From the human T2T-CHM13v2.0 reference genome, Homo sapiens: 64,000 bases of DNA. The notes below the pieces were generated by a model, which searched no databases, was not told the DNA's origin, and worked only from the letters and a program-made list of their open reading frames with translations. Positions 12,743 to 30,265 of this stretch are shown here, in pieces (positions within the stretch are counted from its first letter, which is position 1; the number at the start of each line of letters is the position of its first letter). Position numbers and translations under genes: made by a program. The DNA is taken from the NCBI RefSeq assembly GCF_009914755.1, contig NC_060926.1; one strand, written 5' to 3'.

Positions 12743-14918
12743 CGTGAATAAGCCTTGAGGCAAGGTCATGACTCAAATATCCACAGAGTCTAGCAGGAGC
12801 AGGAGTGAGGGGCCCTAGGCAGCTAATATGGGGCCATAGCAGACTGATACTGGGGAAAATGCAGACCTTGTGGCCCAGATCTTCTGGTTTTTGTATAGAG
12901 AATGAGAAATCACTAGATTTTTGTATGATGGCTCAAATATTGAAAACAAACACAAAGCACAGCCCCTGCTATAGTTTGCAATCTCCACTGTGGGTCCTTT
13001 GCTGCCCCCAGCGGTGGGAGGAAGGGGCTGCACTGGCTTTGAACCCCCTCTTGTTGGGGACTGAGCATCTGACCATCAGGATCCTTGCCTCCTGGTGCAG
13101 GAGGTGTCTGTCACAGGCCACAGGCACCGCAGCTCAGCACCCTCATCCCAGTGTCCCTTCTAAACTTCATTAGACTCCTCAACTCTGGCACACTGTGAAA
13201 TGTATATTCATCTATAAACATTTCTCTAATAATTTATCTCAAAAAAGTGACATCAGTCTCTAAAATGCACCACGGGACACAGGAATGGCAGTCTCATGGC
13301 CTCAAAAACAATCAGCCAAAATTGACATCTGACAACACCTCCTCCCGCACCCCCAGGGGCCGGGCTGTGATCCGTAAGGTTTTCATTCTTGCTGGACCCC
13401 ACGCTGTGAAAATGCACCTATTTTTATTCATCAAAATCATTTTTTTAAAATAAGCAGCCCAGCGGAAAACAATTGTGAATGGCAGCTTCATTACATTTGG
13501 AGTTTTGGAACAAAGACAATATTGCTCACACTCTATGACCTGTTCAATGATACTGAAGTTTAATTAAAAAAATGTTAACGTACTAAACTGACAACAAGGA
13601 AGGTGCAACATTAGGGTTTCTTTGAAAAATCAGGAAAGCAAAATATGCTTGACGGATTGTCTCAGTTATCAATTCAATGTGATTTAACATTTGTCTTTTG
13701 GTTTTTATTTGAAACTTTCAGTTTTGAACTAGTAGGGCAATAATCCAAGCTGTATGGAACCAAAGTGGGGAGGTTGGTGGGACTCGGAGGGAAAGTTGAA
13801 TAGAGGGACCCCTATTGGCCCTTTAGAGGGCTCAAATATCATCCTGGGCAAAGTTGTTTCTTAAAGGTCCCACTAGAATTGGCTACTGTTCCGGCTCCCC
13901 TAGAAAAGCCCTTGAAAGGGTATTTTCTGAGCAAGAAACATGGTGATGCTTCCACCACGTGACTGGTTTAAGACAGTCATTCTAGTAGACCTGATAAGTG
14001 AAAGCCAATTATTTTGAAGCAATAGAGTAAGTGGTGTGTGGGCAGCCACTGCATATTTAACCCAGCCTGAGATTCATTAATTATGAAAGACTTTTCTTCT
14101 GAGATGATGCGATAATAGAATACGAAAATTTAAGTGCTGAAAGTATGTCAATGCATTGATTTTAAAGAAGGTGATCTAAAGCAGCAAAAAGTGATCCACA
14201 TGCTCTCTGGATAGTCTCTAGGACATGTCATGTCAGTTCATGTCTTAAAGCCCCATAAAAGAGAGCCATTTTCCCCCAACCACAGAGCCCTGAGATCTGG
14301 CCAGAGGTCCCATGGTGGAAGACTCGCTCCCACTGTAGCCTGTGAAAGAGGAAAGCCACTGGCCCTCATCTTGGGGACCCGTGAAGACCCACCTCCCACT
14401 TGGAGCAAGTGAGGGAACTGCAGGGTATTGGGTGAGGCCTGCTATACTTCCTACAGGCTTTGGGTCTTGGAGGTAATGGTACCAGCCTCACAGTGTGGGA
14501 GTTGGAGCGTCTGCTTCCACCCTGAGAAAATAGGTATGGGAGCAGGTCACAAGCTAGGACAGTGCCTCGACCTCCCTGAGGAAAAGACCAGAATGTATTC
14601 AGAGTCCAGGGTCCAAACCAGGGTTCTGGAGTGGCAAATTTAAGGCCTTGAGGCTGGACTGGACCAGTGCAGAGTCAGGGAGCCACAGCTGTGACCTCAG
14701 GGAGGTGCTTGTCATGCACAGGGAGGAGGCTGCATTCTGTTCTCAGAGTGACAGGAAGCCACTGTTGAGTTCCAAGGGGGAGAAGGACATGGCTCAATGT
14801 GCCTTTCCCAAAGATCTTGCCGGGTCTCTCTGGAGTAGGAGTCTGGACAGGTAAGAGTCTGGACTGTGGGCCAAGTGGGAGACATGGGATGGGAGACAAC
14901 AGGATGGACTCTTGAGAC

Positions 14919-15062
14919 ATTTCACAGATAGAGTCAGCAAGGCACAGGGAGGCACTGGGTGAGGAAGGTGAGGGCAGGGTCCATGGATAAATTTCACAGA
15001 TAGAGCCAGCAAGGCACAGGGGGGCACTGGGTGAGGGAGGTGAGGGCAGGGTCCATGGATAA
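14919..15062. repeat. Tandem duplication, 2 x 72 bp, at the edge of an antisense L2-like fragment
   Basis: ATTTCACAGATAGAG...GTCCATGGATAA at 14919-14990 and 14991-15062, with 3 mismatches. Confidence 0.95.
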
Positions 15063-18000
15063 GGCACCTAAAACCCCTGGTTTCCCATTTAGAGAAAGAA
15101 TCCAATAATTCCTACCCGTCTGAGCTGTTGTGAGGACAGAGAATGGTGCATGCCATGAGTGGCTCACAACAGGGCTCCAAGGAGTGAGGGTCTGGCTGTG
15201 CTCCTGTTACCTCCTTTTGTCATCACAAGCACAGATGATGGACATCTGTCTCTAGCTATGTTACTTCTGACCCCCCAGCCCCAGCAAAGCAGGAAGTGGG
15301 GCCTGGGTGGAGAGGGGTGACAAGGCGGGTTTGAATTGATCTTTCTGAGAAATCATGTGCAACTTCACAAGCAAAACAGTTACGCAATAAACTTCCAGGT
15401 TCTTAAAACCATGCTGAGGGTTACAAAAAGAAAGTTAACGGGATGCTGATGTGGACTGTGCAAATCGTTAACATACTGAAAACCTCTGTGTCCATGGTGA
15501 CGTATGTACAAGTGAGCTGGATGAGTGACTGCCCCCTAAGGCCAGGATCCCTGTGTCCACTCTCTGCCGTGCCTGTCCCCATCATCACTCCTGGTGAAGC
15601 AGGGACGATAGCAGAGTTCCCACTGGAGGACCAAACATGCATCCAGCCCTGGAAAACAGTGCCACACTGGGCACACTGGACCTTCCCAGCCCTGGGCAGT
15701 GGGACATGCTAGAGAAGTTGATTCACAGGGGAAACTGGGTCCTATCTGTGGGGTCTTCCCACTGGCTGGAAGGGTTCCTGGAGGAGGAGTTTCAGGGCTC
15801 TGTGAGGATGGGTAGGAGGGCCTATGGGGCAAGGTTCATAGCATCCTGCTTGGAGAAGGACACATACCCTGTTTCCTCAGAGCCAACACATTTTCCATTC
15901 TAAATATAGCCTAAGATGACCCAAGACATCTTGAGTCCCTTGCAGGGAGACCGCAGTTTTGTAATTTTCGGCACTTCTATGATTCTGAGGAAATGAACAG
16001 TAAAGCCCGAAGCCCTTTCACTTGCATCCCCTGAGCCTGGGGACTGGCAGACAACACTCCACCCTTTGAAAGAAGAGCCCAGGCAAGCTGGCCCTGGTGA
16101 GAAGCTCCCTTTAGCAACCAATTTTAGGAGATTCCACAATAGTTTGTCAGCCTACTGTCTCCCTCCGGCAAAGTGAAGTGAGGCTTCTGTTCACCCAGCA
16201 TGGGTCACTGTCACCCCAGGCCCACAATGAGTAGCTCTTTCCATGACCCTTGGGATGGTTCACCTCCTGAGAGAGGCCCAGCTCTGACAGGCTTTCAGTT
16301 GGACAATAGATTTCAGTCTCCCCTGAAATCGTTGCTGCATCACCAGCTTTCGTAGCATTTCTGCAAAGTCTAAGATACAAGACTTTCAAAGAGGGAGCGC
16401 CCACTACATGCCTGGGGCACAGCGGTGACTCTTGGCTTGGAGGCGCTTCTCTGCTTGTTTGTAAGCCAGGGGATATTTTTACTATCTGAGTGGGGCCCTG
16501 TTAATTGCTTCACAAGCACTTCTGGGGAAGTTCACTTTCCAGGGGCCAGTCGTTAACTCCAACAGTGCCAGCGCTTCCCAGCCAGGGGCCTACATAAAGA
16601 GGTGCATTAGTTATCCCTAAAGGGTTAATGACTGGAGATGCGAGGACAGTCATGTTGAGTTATATATAGCAAACAGTGAGCAAAGCAGGCAAGCACAAAA
16701 AAAGGAAGACAGGAAAAAAACTGCATGGATATACTCCCCTCCCCCAACCTTCCCTGGTCTACCCCCACCCTCCCACAACACTATATATACAGACCACAGT
16801 TAAATTTGGCACAGAGACTATAGCCAAGAAGGAAAACAGATCGAGTTACACAAAGTCCTATTCAGATTTGGGCCTGGGCCTCATGGGGACAATGCTCTGC
16901 TGAGGAGAACAAGGCCATGGTCTGTTGTCAAAAAACGCACACCCGTGCGCTTTGCTTTCCTTCCAAGCATTCGCTGGCCTGGCCCTGGGCAGCAGGTTAA
17001 TTCCCTGCTCCGCAGGTGGAGACAGATAAAACAAACTGAAATGGTGTAATGGGCTACAGGAAACCTTTCTTTCAGAACTTGATTCATCTCCAGAAAGGAA
17101 ACACACGAGGACTTTGCTCTGGACGGTAATCTGTTTTCTTAGGGCAGCTGAGAGAGGCCTGGCAGCCAGGGTAAATACGGCAACTGGTAGAGGGGCTTTT
17201 GGCAGATGGAGCTGCAAGAGAAGTTTGAAACGATCACTTCCTACACTCTGTTCCCTACCAAGAGTGAGCTGTCAATCTTGCAGGATGGAGGTGCTCTGGA
17301 AAACAGCAGTGGGGAGAGAGCGGGCCACAAGGGAGAAACCTGAGCCACAGGTGCGTGCCTGGGATACCCCCTACTCCTGCGGGCTGGCTCACCTGGCAGA
17401 ACTCGCAGAAAGGCTGCTCCCAAGCTCACTGCTCGAAGCTAACCATGTGGAGAAAGCAGGCCAGGACTTCTGGAATGCAACCTGGGTGCAAGTCAACCTC
17501 TGCTTTGAGCAGACAAGCAGGCCCGCAGCGGGCAGGCTGCCATCGAGTGTGGCCTGAGCCTCTACTGGATGTAAAGCTGGGCATGGAGAAGGCCAGGTAC
17601 CTTTTAGTCATTGGAATCATCCCCATCAGCAGGCACGCAGGACACCTCGAGGAGATGAGACAGCCAGCTAGCACGTAACAGTCAGGGCTGCATAGAACAT
17701 GATAGTCATAAAGACAATCCCTCATGCCACCTTCGTGTGTGGGTCTTTCAAAAGACATTCTATCTTATTATCCCATTTGATCTTCACCTGACCCTAGATG
17801 GGTCGGGCAGGGCAGAGCATCACCCTCGTTTTACTGTGGAGGAAGTGGAGGCCCAGCAAAGCCACTCTTGCCTGAGTGGGAACAGCTGGTTCAAAGATAG
17901 CCCTTTGCCCAGCCCTCTGGGAAGATAACACCTCCGGGCCAGTCTCTGTGGTGCAGGCAGTAGTTTGTACATTTGAGTGTGCACCCAAATCAAGGGGGCC

Positions 18001-18274
18001 ATCCTCGGCCTGGTATAGCCTGCTCCCCTCAGGTTGGGCCTGGGACTTCTGTGTGGGCCCCGGCCCCCAGCACCAAGGTGGGCATCCAGTGATCTTAGTT
18101 CACACTGGGCTTTTCCATGGACACAAGCTTAGTCTGCATTGGCAAAGTGGGGACAATAGCTCAGCATGTGTCTAGGGCTGCCTCAAACAGTGACGGACCC
18201 AGAGGATTTCATCTCCTTTCCCTGCATGATTTGATGGGCTCTCTAACTTGAACTCCCTGTGTAGAAAGAATGTG

Positions 18275-18722
18275 GTTATGGGCTGAGTTGCGTCTCCTCC
18301 CCCACATTCATGTGTTTAAGTCTGAACCTTCAGTTCCTCAGGATGTGACCTTATCTGGAACTAGTACCATTGCCGGTATAATTAGTTAAGATGAGATTAT
18401 ACTAGAGTAGGGTGGGCCCCTAATCCAACATGACTGGTGTCCTTATAAAAGGGGGAAATTCAGACACACACACAGACAGGGAGAATGCCCTGTGAAGATG
18501 CAGAGACAGGTTGGGGTGGTGCTTCTGCCAGCCAAGGAACACCAGCGGCTGCCAGCAAACACCAGAAGCACGAATGATTCTCCCTCATGGCACCCGGAAG
18601 AAACCTACGCTGCCCAAGCTGACCTTGAACTTTCATCCTCCAGAACTTCCAGGCAATCAATTTCAGTTGTTAAGATCCTCAGATTGTGGAGCTTTGTTAT
18701 GGCCTTCCTGGAAGATGAACCC
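18275..18722 (+). mobile_element. MLT1B/C LTR
   Basis: GTTATGGGCTGAGTTG...GGGCCCCTAATCCAACATGACTGGTGTCCTTATAAAAGG...GCCAAGGAACACCAG. Confidence 0.85.
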
Positions 18723-21702
18723 AGATGCTAAAAAGGCTGAGGAGTGGAAAACTGATGTCTGTGGTTAGTTTACCTTGAAAACCAACCATGAGGCCCCTTC
18801 CAGCTCTGTTCTACAGACATCGATTCTGCTTTATTGTTTTTACCAAGAGTAGTACTCCACAATTGTAAACACAGTCCACAAGTTTTCTACTCCAGACCAT
18901 CTCTTTAGCAGAGAGAAGGAAATATCTGTCTTCCTTCTCCAAATCCTAACCCTACTTTGTTCTCAATAGAAATTATATTGTGTCTAAGTCTCCCAAAATG
19001 TCTCAAAAGCAAGACAAACACCCACTTCCTCTTTTGGAAACTGATGGGACCCTCTACAAATTACATGTGGAGACATCACTCTTTCCCAACCAACATAGAA
19101 ACTCAAACTCTTGTCAACTTTCCTAGTATCCCAACTTGCTTTCAAGAGAAAACTAAAAACTCATTCACATGAATAAAGTATAAATGACAGTCAAGAGCTT
19201 AAAGTGTTAGCTGTCCTAGGTGGGGAATAAGCTCACAAGGAACATCGGTAAAGAGGAACATGTCAGGAGTGGGAGCCCACTTTGCCTTATACCCTGACCA
19301 GGTATGTAGTCCTCAATGTAAAACTCTCCCACTGGGTGGGAATTCCTCCCACCCCAACAACGCCAGCCTCCCTGTGGCTTTGCATCAGGCTCCATCTCCT
19401 CATCGCAGCGTGGAACTCTATTCCTGTCTCTCCAATGTCCTCACACCCCAGTGACTCCAACGTCCTCTAGGACTAGGGAAGTCTGCACGGAACCTACCAA
19501 AATCCCTGGCACTCTGACAGCCCCTTCTAGTGACAGGAGCTTAAAGTGTAGCTTAAAGAAGCAGCTTTGGACCTGGTAGTACCTAGGGCTAAATTCTGCA
19601 GTACTCAGGTGGACCATAAAATAAGGCCATATTATTAGACTTGATGTGTGAATGCCACTCTCCTTTTCTTTGATTGTCCTGTTCCTGAAATCTACCTGCT
19701 CTAGAATTGCCTCCCAGATAATGTCTCTTCTAGCCTTGCTCTTCCCCCAGAGTTTCCTATTGTTTATACAAGTCCTGGGTTATTGTTCCTCCACCCAGCA
19801 TTACTTAATACATCAATTAATTAGACTATAGGCTTTCCAGAGAGAGAATCGTACTTTTATCCATTTCCCCTTCCCAGATTTTGGTGACTTACATGTAGAA
19901 GTTACTCAATAAATATCTGTTGAAGGTTAATTCAACCTGAATTTCTTGTGTTCGTCTACTCTTGTTACCTGTTTTGGTCCCCAAATCCTTCCCACTTCAG
20001 ACATTCGGTCAGCCCATCAACAGAGGTTGTCTCCTAACATAGACCAAATCTATAAGGAGCTGATTTCCTATTAATTCAGTGACAAGATGTCACAGATCTT
20101 CAGAGTTGGAAGATTCTTTAGAAAGTATTTCATCCATTTCTTTAATAAGAGGCCATGTTACTCATCCAAGGCCACACAGCTGGGGAAGCAGCAGCAGGGC
20201 CTGGCAGGAAGATGTTCTGGTGGAAGTGAGGCCATTCATCATGTCCAAGAAGCTGTCATCTGGGTGGCCAGCGTTGGGTGAGAGGCCAACTCATACACTT
20301 GTTGGAAGGTTCCCTCTATTGGACCCTGGGCATTTCTATTTAACCCAAACACGCCTCTGCATAAGTCCAGGTATCTCCATCAGATCTTCTCCGCAGGTTA
20401 TCCTCATAGGCAACTGGACGAGGGGCCCATCCCCAATACAACCAGGCTGCACAGACTCCTGCTCCCACCGCTGGGTAGCAGAGACACAGCCTCCTGCCCT
20501 ATCTCACAAATCCATGGATGTGACCCATGGGAGTGACTTCCATTTAAAGTTTTGGGCAAATCTCGGAGATTGCTGTTTTCAACCACTGGGGAAGCTTAAA
20601 GCCAAACAGTCCTACTGGCATAGAAGTAAGCCTCATTTGTTTTCTATCTGAACACATGTTTTACATCAAGAGAAGGGCTGTGGTTGGGGTAGGGAGAGCT
20701 GAAGGGAGATTCAAAGGTTCTTCAGCTCTCACAGATCTCAACCTCTTCAAAGTTTCAACCCTCAGAGCACTTAAGATGTTTCATCCCACTCAGCAGAAGT
20801 GCCTCTGCCCACACTCTCGTGTGCCACAGTGCGTGCGTGGGAACTCAGCTGTGGTCCAGAGCCAGTAAAGGAAACGGGACAGTCACCTCACTGTACTTTT
20901 CCTAGAGGATGTAATTTCTCCTTTGGGATTTGATAAGCTTCCTAAGGCACATTCACATGCACAGGGCAGATGAGACCTGCTTGTTAGTGAGGTCACATCA
21001 AGCCTCACATGGTGATGTGTATGAATGAACTCATACTTAAAGGAATGGGCAACCCCTACCTGGGACCTTGAGCAGGTGGGTATGGGTCAGAGCCCAGAGT
21101 CAGGGTGGATAGGCAATGGGAAAGAGAGAAAAGGTTTGCTTTTAGTGGTAACCACTCTCTAGCCTCAGCATTCTCAACTGCAGACTGGAGATAATAATAA
21201 TGTCCTTCTGTGATATTTGGGGGGTTGACCAAATAAGATTTCTTGTAAAAGTGCTGTGCACAGGGCAGATGAGCATCAATTCTGTGACCAGGAAGGGATT
21301 CCAGTGCCATTGCCAGCTCCTGGTTGCGTTCTTTTGAGATGATGTATTTTTTTTCAAGGGAAAGGAGCAACAAGAGGGTACCTGCAGTCTGTAGGACAAT
21401 ACAAGTCAAATTCTGGAGTAAAATTGTAGCACTTACACTGTGTGCTGAGTCATTTGTGATCAGAGGGAAACTGAAAAGTGGCATAACAGGGTGACGGACA
21501 GGCCCAGGAGAATTCACTATGAGTCTTGGGAGTGCTGCTAGCACCTCTGCTACCTCCTAGGTGGGTCATTTCACCTCCCTGGCCCAACTGTGAATTCAAG
21601 AATACCACATCCAGCACTGCACTGTGGCAAGGGCTCCTGCAGAATAATGCAAGGGAAGAGAGCTGGAAACGACAACGTACTGGTCACATGTGTGATGCCA
21701 TT

Positions 21703-22070
21703 TGATGTGGTTTGGCTCTGTGTCCCCCCTCAAATCTCATGTTGAATTACAATTCCCAGTGTTGGAGGAGGGGCCTAGTGGGAGGTAAGTGAATCACGGG
21801 GGTGGACTTCCGCCTTGCTGTGCTCTTGATAGAGTTCACGAGATCTGGCTGTTTGAAAGTGTGTAGCACTTCCCCCTTATCTCTCTCTCTCTCCGGCGTG
21901 AAGATGTGTTAGCTTCCCCTTCGTCTTCCGCCATGATTGCAAGTTTCCTGAGACCTCCCAGCCATGCATCCTGTAAAGCCTGTGGAACTGCAAGTCAATT
22001 AAACCTCTTTCCTTCATAAATTACCCAGTTGCAGGTAGTTCTTTATCACAGTGTGAGAATGGACTACACA
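21703..22070 (+). mobile_element. MSTA-like solo LTR
   Basis: TGATGTGGTTTGGCTCTGTGTCCCC...CAATTAAACCTCTTTCCTTCATAAATTACCCAG...GAGAATGGACTA. Confidence 0.9.
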
Positions 22071-22086
22071 TTATTGTTATTGTTAA

Positions 22087-22182
22087 AGGAAAAGAGGAGG
22101 GGGCAGGAGGAAGAGGAGGAAGGAAAAGGGAGAAATGAGGAAAGAGAGGGAAAGGAGAAAGAGGGAGGAGAGAGAAAGGGGA
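22087..22182 (+). repeat. GA-rich polypurine tract
   Basis: About 95 nt of almost pure A/G. Confidence 0.85.
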
Positions 22183-23216
22183 TTGCCTTCCTTTTTAAAA
22201 AAATAAACTTTTTATTTTAGAATAGTTTTAAATTTCCAGAAAAGTTGAGAATAGTCCAGAGAGTTTCCCTAGATATCACACCCAGTTTCTCTCATTGTTA
22301 CTATCTTACATTAATGAGGTACCTTTGTCACAATTAATGGCCAATGTTGATGCATATTAACTAAAGTCACCCTTCATTCAGATATCCTTAGTTGACCCAG
22401 CTGTCCTTCTTCCACCATAGAACATCATGTTACACTGAGTTGTCCCATCTCCTTAGGCTTCTCTTGGCTGTGACAATTTCTTAGACTTTCCTTGTTTTTG
22501 ATGACCTTGACAGTTTTGAGGAACACTAGTCAGGTATTTCGTAGAATGTCCCAACATTGGGATTTGCCTGGTGTTTTCTCCTATGATTATTGGGAGAAGA
22601 CCACAGAAGTAAAGTGCTACTTTCATCACATTCTATCAGGAGCACATCCTATCAACATGACGTCACTCGTGATGTTGACCATGATCATCTGGCTGAGGCA
22701 GTGTTTGTTGTACGTCTCCACTGTGAAGTTTCTCCCCTGCCCCCTTTCCACACTGTACACTTTGAAAGGAAGTCACTGTGTGCAGCCCATATTTAAGGAG
22801 GGGGAATTATGCTCCACCTCCTTGGGGGTGCAGTATTACATAAATTACCTGAAATTCCACCACTCTGGAGATGTGCCTATTCTCTGCCATTTACTTATTC
22901 ATATGTATGTGATTAAATAAATATATAAATGTAAATCAGTATGGAATCATGCATATTTATTTTATACTTGGGTTATTTATAATCCAATACTACTTTATTG
23001 CTCAAATTGTTCCAGCTTAGGCCATTGAAAGCTTTTTCAAGTGGTCACTGTGTCTCCTTGACCTGTGTGTTATTGTTTGTTCTTCTGAACACGTTCTTAC
23101 TTTCTGGCCCTGTAAAATGCTCCTCCAGGCTCATTTTGTACATTCCCCGCCTGTCCTAGAATCAGCCATTTCTCCAGGAAGGCTTACTTCCTTTTATTAA
23201 ATGGTATTAAGAACAG

Positions 23217-24924
<1,708 letters not shown>

Positions 24925-26216
24925 GAACAGCATCAAAAACTAAGACGTAAACAGTAGGTGTGCTCATTGCTACTGGGATGACACTTATTCAGGCCCTGTC
25001 AGGAGACAGAACAAGGAAATATATACCAACCCATATCTGTAAGTGTATTGTACATATCCGTCTGCATCTATTTTGAGCTGAACTCGATTCCACGTTGATG
25101 TTCCCAACACTAACCACTGCCATATGAATCACTGCAACCTTTCCTGCTTGCTTGTTGGTAGCCTCCCCTCCAACAAAGAGAAACCTGGCTCCCACCATCC
25201 TCCATCCAGTGACTTCACATTTCAGAGCGTGTGACTAGTGGCTTCAGAATTTATATCCTTTTGGGAAAGAGCTTTATCTACTAGAATACAGGGTTGTGGA
25301 CAGTTCCTTATGTCTTTAGTCTTACAGTCTCCACTCACTTCCAATGCCACTTGGTCAGTACGCTTTCCTCCCACCCCTTCAGTGGAATTATTTTATACAT
25401 TTGTAATACAGTTAGTCTTCTGTCATACTCAGCACCCCATCTTGGAATCCCCCAACATCTTTAATTATTTTTTTAATTTGCATATGTTAAGGTTCACTCT
25501 TTGTGATGTAAAATTCCATGGGTTTCGAAAAATGCAGTGTCATGTATTCACCACCACAGTATCATACACAATAATTTTACCATTCTAAAAAAAATCTCTT
25601 GTGCTTTGCCGACTCTACTCTTCCATCTCTACAGGCCCCTGGAAACCACTGATCCGTTGACCATCTCGATAATTCTACCTTTTCTAGAACATAATATAAA
25701 TGGATAAGCTTTTTTCAGTAAACAATATCCATTTAAGTTTTATCTATGTTTTTACATAGCCTGATAGTTCATTTATTTATATCTCTGAATAGTATTCCTT
25801 TATATGCATGTACTACAGTTTATTAATCTATTCACCTACTGAAAGACATCCTGGTTTTCCAGATATTGGTGGTTATGAATAACGTTGCTACACACATTTG
25901 CATGCAGGTATTTTGTGGACGTAGTTTTCAATCAGTTGGGTAAACATCTAGGAGTATGCTTGCTGGTTCATACAGTAAAATAATATTTAACTTTTTAAGA
26001 AACTTCCAAACATCTTTTAAAGTAGCTGTACTATTTTGCCTTCCCACCAGAAACGCATGTGGGTTCTTATTCTTCTAAATTCTCATAGCAATTGGTATTG
26101 TTGGTTTTTTGTATACTAGCCATTCTAATAGGTGTGTGGTGAAAGCTCATTGTTGTATTCATTTGCATTTCTTTAATGACAGATGATGTTTCACATGCTT
26201 ATTTCCCATTTGTAAG

Positions 26217-26272
26217 ATATATATATATACATATATGTACATATGTATATGTCATATGTATACACACACACA
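26217..26272. repeat. (TA)n/(TATG)/(CA) microsatellite
   Basis: Direct reading. Confidence 0.85.
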
Positions 26273-27964
26273 AATATCATCTTTGGTGGTGATTTGGAGG
26301 TGTCTGTTCAGATTTATTCATTTTTTCAATTGGATTACTTATGGTCTTTTTGTTGACTTTTAAGATTTCTTAAAATATTTTGGATACAAGTTTCTTATCA
26401 GGTTCATGTTTTGCAAATATTTCTTTTCAGTCTGCAGCTTGTGTTTTCATTATCTTAACAGAATCGTTCGTAGAGCAGAAGTTTTTAATTTTAATAAAGT
26501 CCAACTTCTCTATTTTTTTTTCTTTCATGGTTCATGCTTTTGGTCGTGTATCTAAAAATTCCTCACCAAACCCAAGGTCACATAAATTTTTTTCTTATGT
26601 TTTCTTCTAAAAGTTTTATAAATTTGCATTTTAAATTTAGGTTTATGATCCATTTAGAGTTATTTTTTGTGTAAGTTGCAAGTTCTGTGTCCAGATTCAT
26701 TTAGCCTATGAACATCCAATTGTTCCAGCACCACTTGGTGAAAAGACTTCACTTGCTCCATTGAGTTGCCTTTGCGCCTCTGTCAAAAGTCAGGTTATTA
26801 TATTGTGTGGGGGGGTCTATTTCTGGCATCTCCATTTGTTGATTTATGTGTCCTTTTTTTGCCAATACCACACCATCTTGATTATTATAGCTTTATAGTA
26901 ATTCTTGAAATGAAGGACTCTGAGTACTCCAACTTTGATCTTCTTTAGTATTGTGTTAGCTATTCTAGGCCTTCTGCTTGTTTATATTAATTTTAGAATC
27001 AGTTTATCAACATCTAAAAAATAACCTGCTGGGATTTTGAATTGGACTGCTCTGATCAAGTTATAAATACTTCACATCTTAACAATACCAAGTCTTCCAA
27101 CAGATAAGCAGGGACTATCTTGCCATTTATTTAGATTATTTTATTTTGCCAGTATTTTCTAGCTTTTTGCCTACAGTTTCCATAGATTGTGTCAAATTTA
27201 TAACTAAATACTGATTTGGGGGGATGCTATTGTAAATGGTAATGTAAATTTCATTTCAAATTCTAATTGTTCATTGTATATGGGAAAGCAATTGACTTTG
27301 GTATATTTTCTTTGTATGCTGTGTCCTTGTTATACTCACCTTTTCCAATGAGGTTTTCACCTTTTTTTGTGTGCACAGATTATTTGGCATTTCCTACATA
27401 GACAGTGTATCCACTAATAAAGACCATTTTTGTTTCTTTTTGTCCAGTCTGTATATCTTTCTTTTAATTCTTTTTCTTATTGCTGTAGCTGGGACTTCCA
27501 GTATGATGTTCGATAGGAGTGGTGAGAGAGGACATCCTTGCCTTATTCTTGATTTTAGGGGGAAAATGCCCAGCCTCTCACCAATAAGTATGACGTTTAG
27601 TGCAGGCTTTTTGTGCATGTTCTTTATCAAGTTGAAGAAATACCCTCTGTTTCTAGTTTGCCGAGAGATTTTATTGTAGATAGGTATTGATTTTTTTGAA
27701 ATACTTTCTCTAGCAGTTGATATAGTCATGTGATTTATCTTCTTTAGCCCATTGATATGGTAAATTACGTTGATTTTTGAATGTCAAACCAGCTTTGTAC
27801 ACATGGAATGAATCCCACTTGGTTATGTTATATAATATTACTGAATATGATTCAATAATTTTTTCAAAGATTTTTTTGTATCTATGATTATGAGAGATAT
27901 TGGTCTGTAGTTTTTCCTTTCTTAAAATGTCATTAGCAGGTTTTAGTGTTAGGGTAATATACTG

Positions 27965-28351
27965 TGCTATGGTCTGAATGTTTGTGTTCCCCCAAATTCA
28001 TATGTTGGAATTCTAACTTCCAAGGTGATTGTATTAAGAAGTGGGGCCTTTGGGAAGTAATTAGATCATGAGGGCGGAGCCCTCATGAATGGGTGATCCC
28101 TTGTAGAAGAGACCTAAATGCCCTTATAGTAGAGGCCTAAGGGAGACTCCTCATCCCCTCTACCATGTGAGGACACAGCTAGAAGGAACCATTTATGAAG
28201 CAGAGAGCAGGCCCTCACTGGATACCAAATCTGCCAGTGCCTTGCTCAGGGACTTCCCAACCTTCAGAATTGTGAAAAATAAATTTCTATTGTTTATGAG
28301 CCACCCAGTTTGTGTGGTGTTCTGTTACAGCAGCCTAAACAGACTAAGATA
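27965..28351 (+). mobile_element. MaLR solo LTR (MLT1A/MSTD-like) inside L1
   Basis: TGCTATGGTCTGAATGTTTGTGTTCCCCCAAATTCATATGTTG...CAGCCTAAACAGACTAAGA. Confidence 0.88.
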
Positions 28352-28979
28352 ACTGGCCTCATAAAATGAGTTTGGAAGCAATGCCTCTGCCTCTATTTTT
28401 TGGAAGATATTGTGGAGAATTGTTATTATTTCCTCTTTAAGTATTCTGTTGAAAGTACCAGTGAAACTATCTGAGCCTAGTGCTCTCTTTTCTGGAAGGT
28501 TTTAAATTATTCAATCTCTTCGAATATAAGACTACTCTCTTTGGGGGGTTTTAATAGTTTGTGTCTTTCAAGGAATTGTTGCACTTCACCTTAATTATAT
28601 TTATGAGCATAAAGTTGTTTGTTGTATTACTTAATTAACCTTTTAATGTCTATGGGATCAGTTGTGATGACCTCTCTTTTGTTTCTAATGTTAATAATTT
28701 GTGTCTTTTCTCTCTTCATTGGCCTGACTAAATGTTTATCAATTTTATTGATCTTTTCCAAGAACCAGCTTTTGTTTTATGATTTTTCTCTACTGTTTTC
28801 CTGTTTACAATTTTATTAATTTCTGTTCTAATTTTTAATTACTTATCTTATTTTCCTTGCTTCAGGCTTAAATTAAATTAGGCCTCTTTCTTTAGTTTCC
28901 TAAGATGGAAACCTGAATGATTGACTGTAGATCTTTTTTTTTCTAATAAACATATGTGTTTAACATTATAAATTCCCAT

Positions 28980-30265
<1,286 letters not shown>

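Noticed and set aside
14919-15062. CRISPR-like or other regularly spaced array (also 51496-51624)
   Set aside because: Only two adjacent copies with no unique spacers, in eukaryotic DNA.
20079-20651. 190-aa ORF
   Set aside because: GTG start, no recognisable domain, and consistent with chance in 64 kb.
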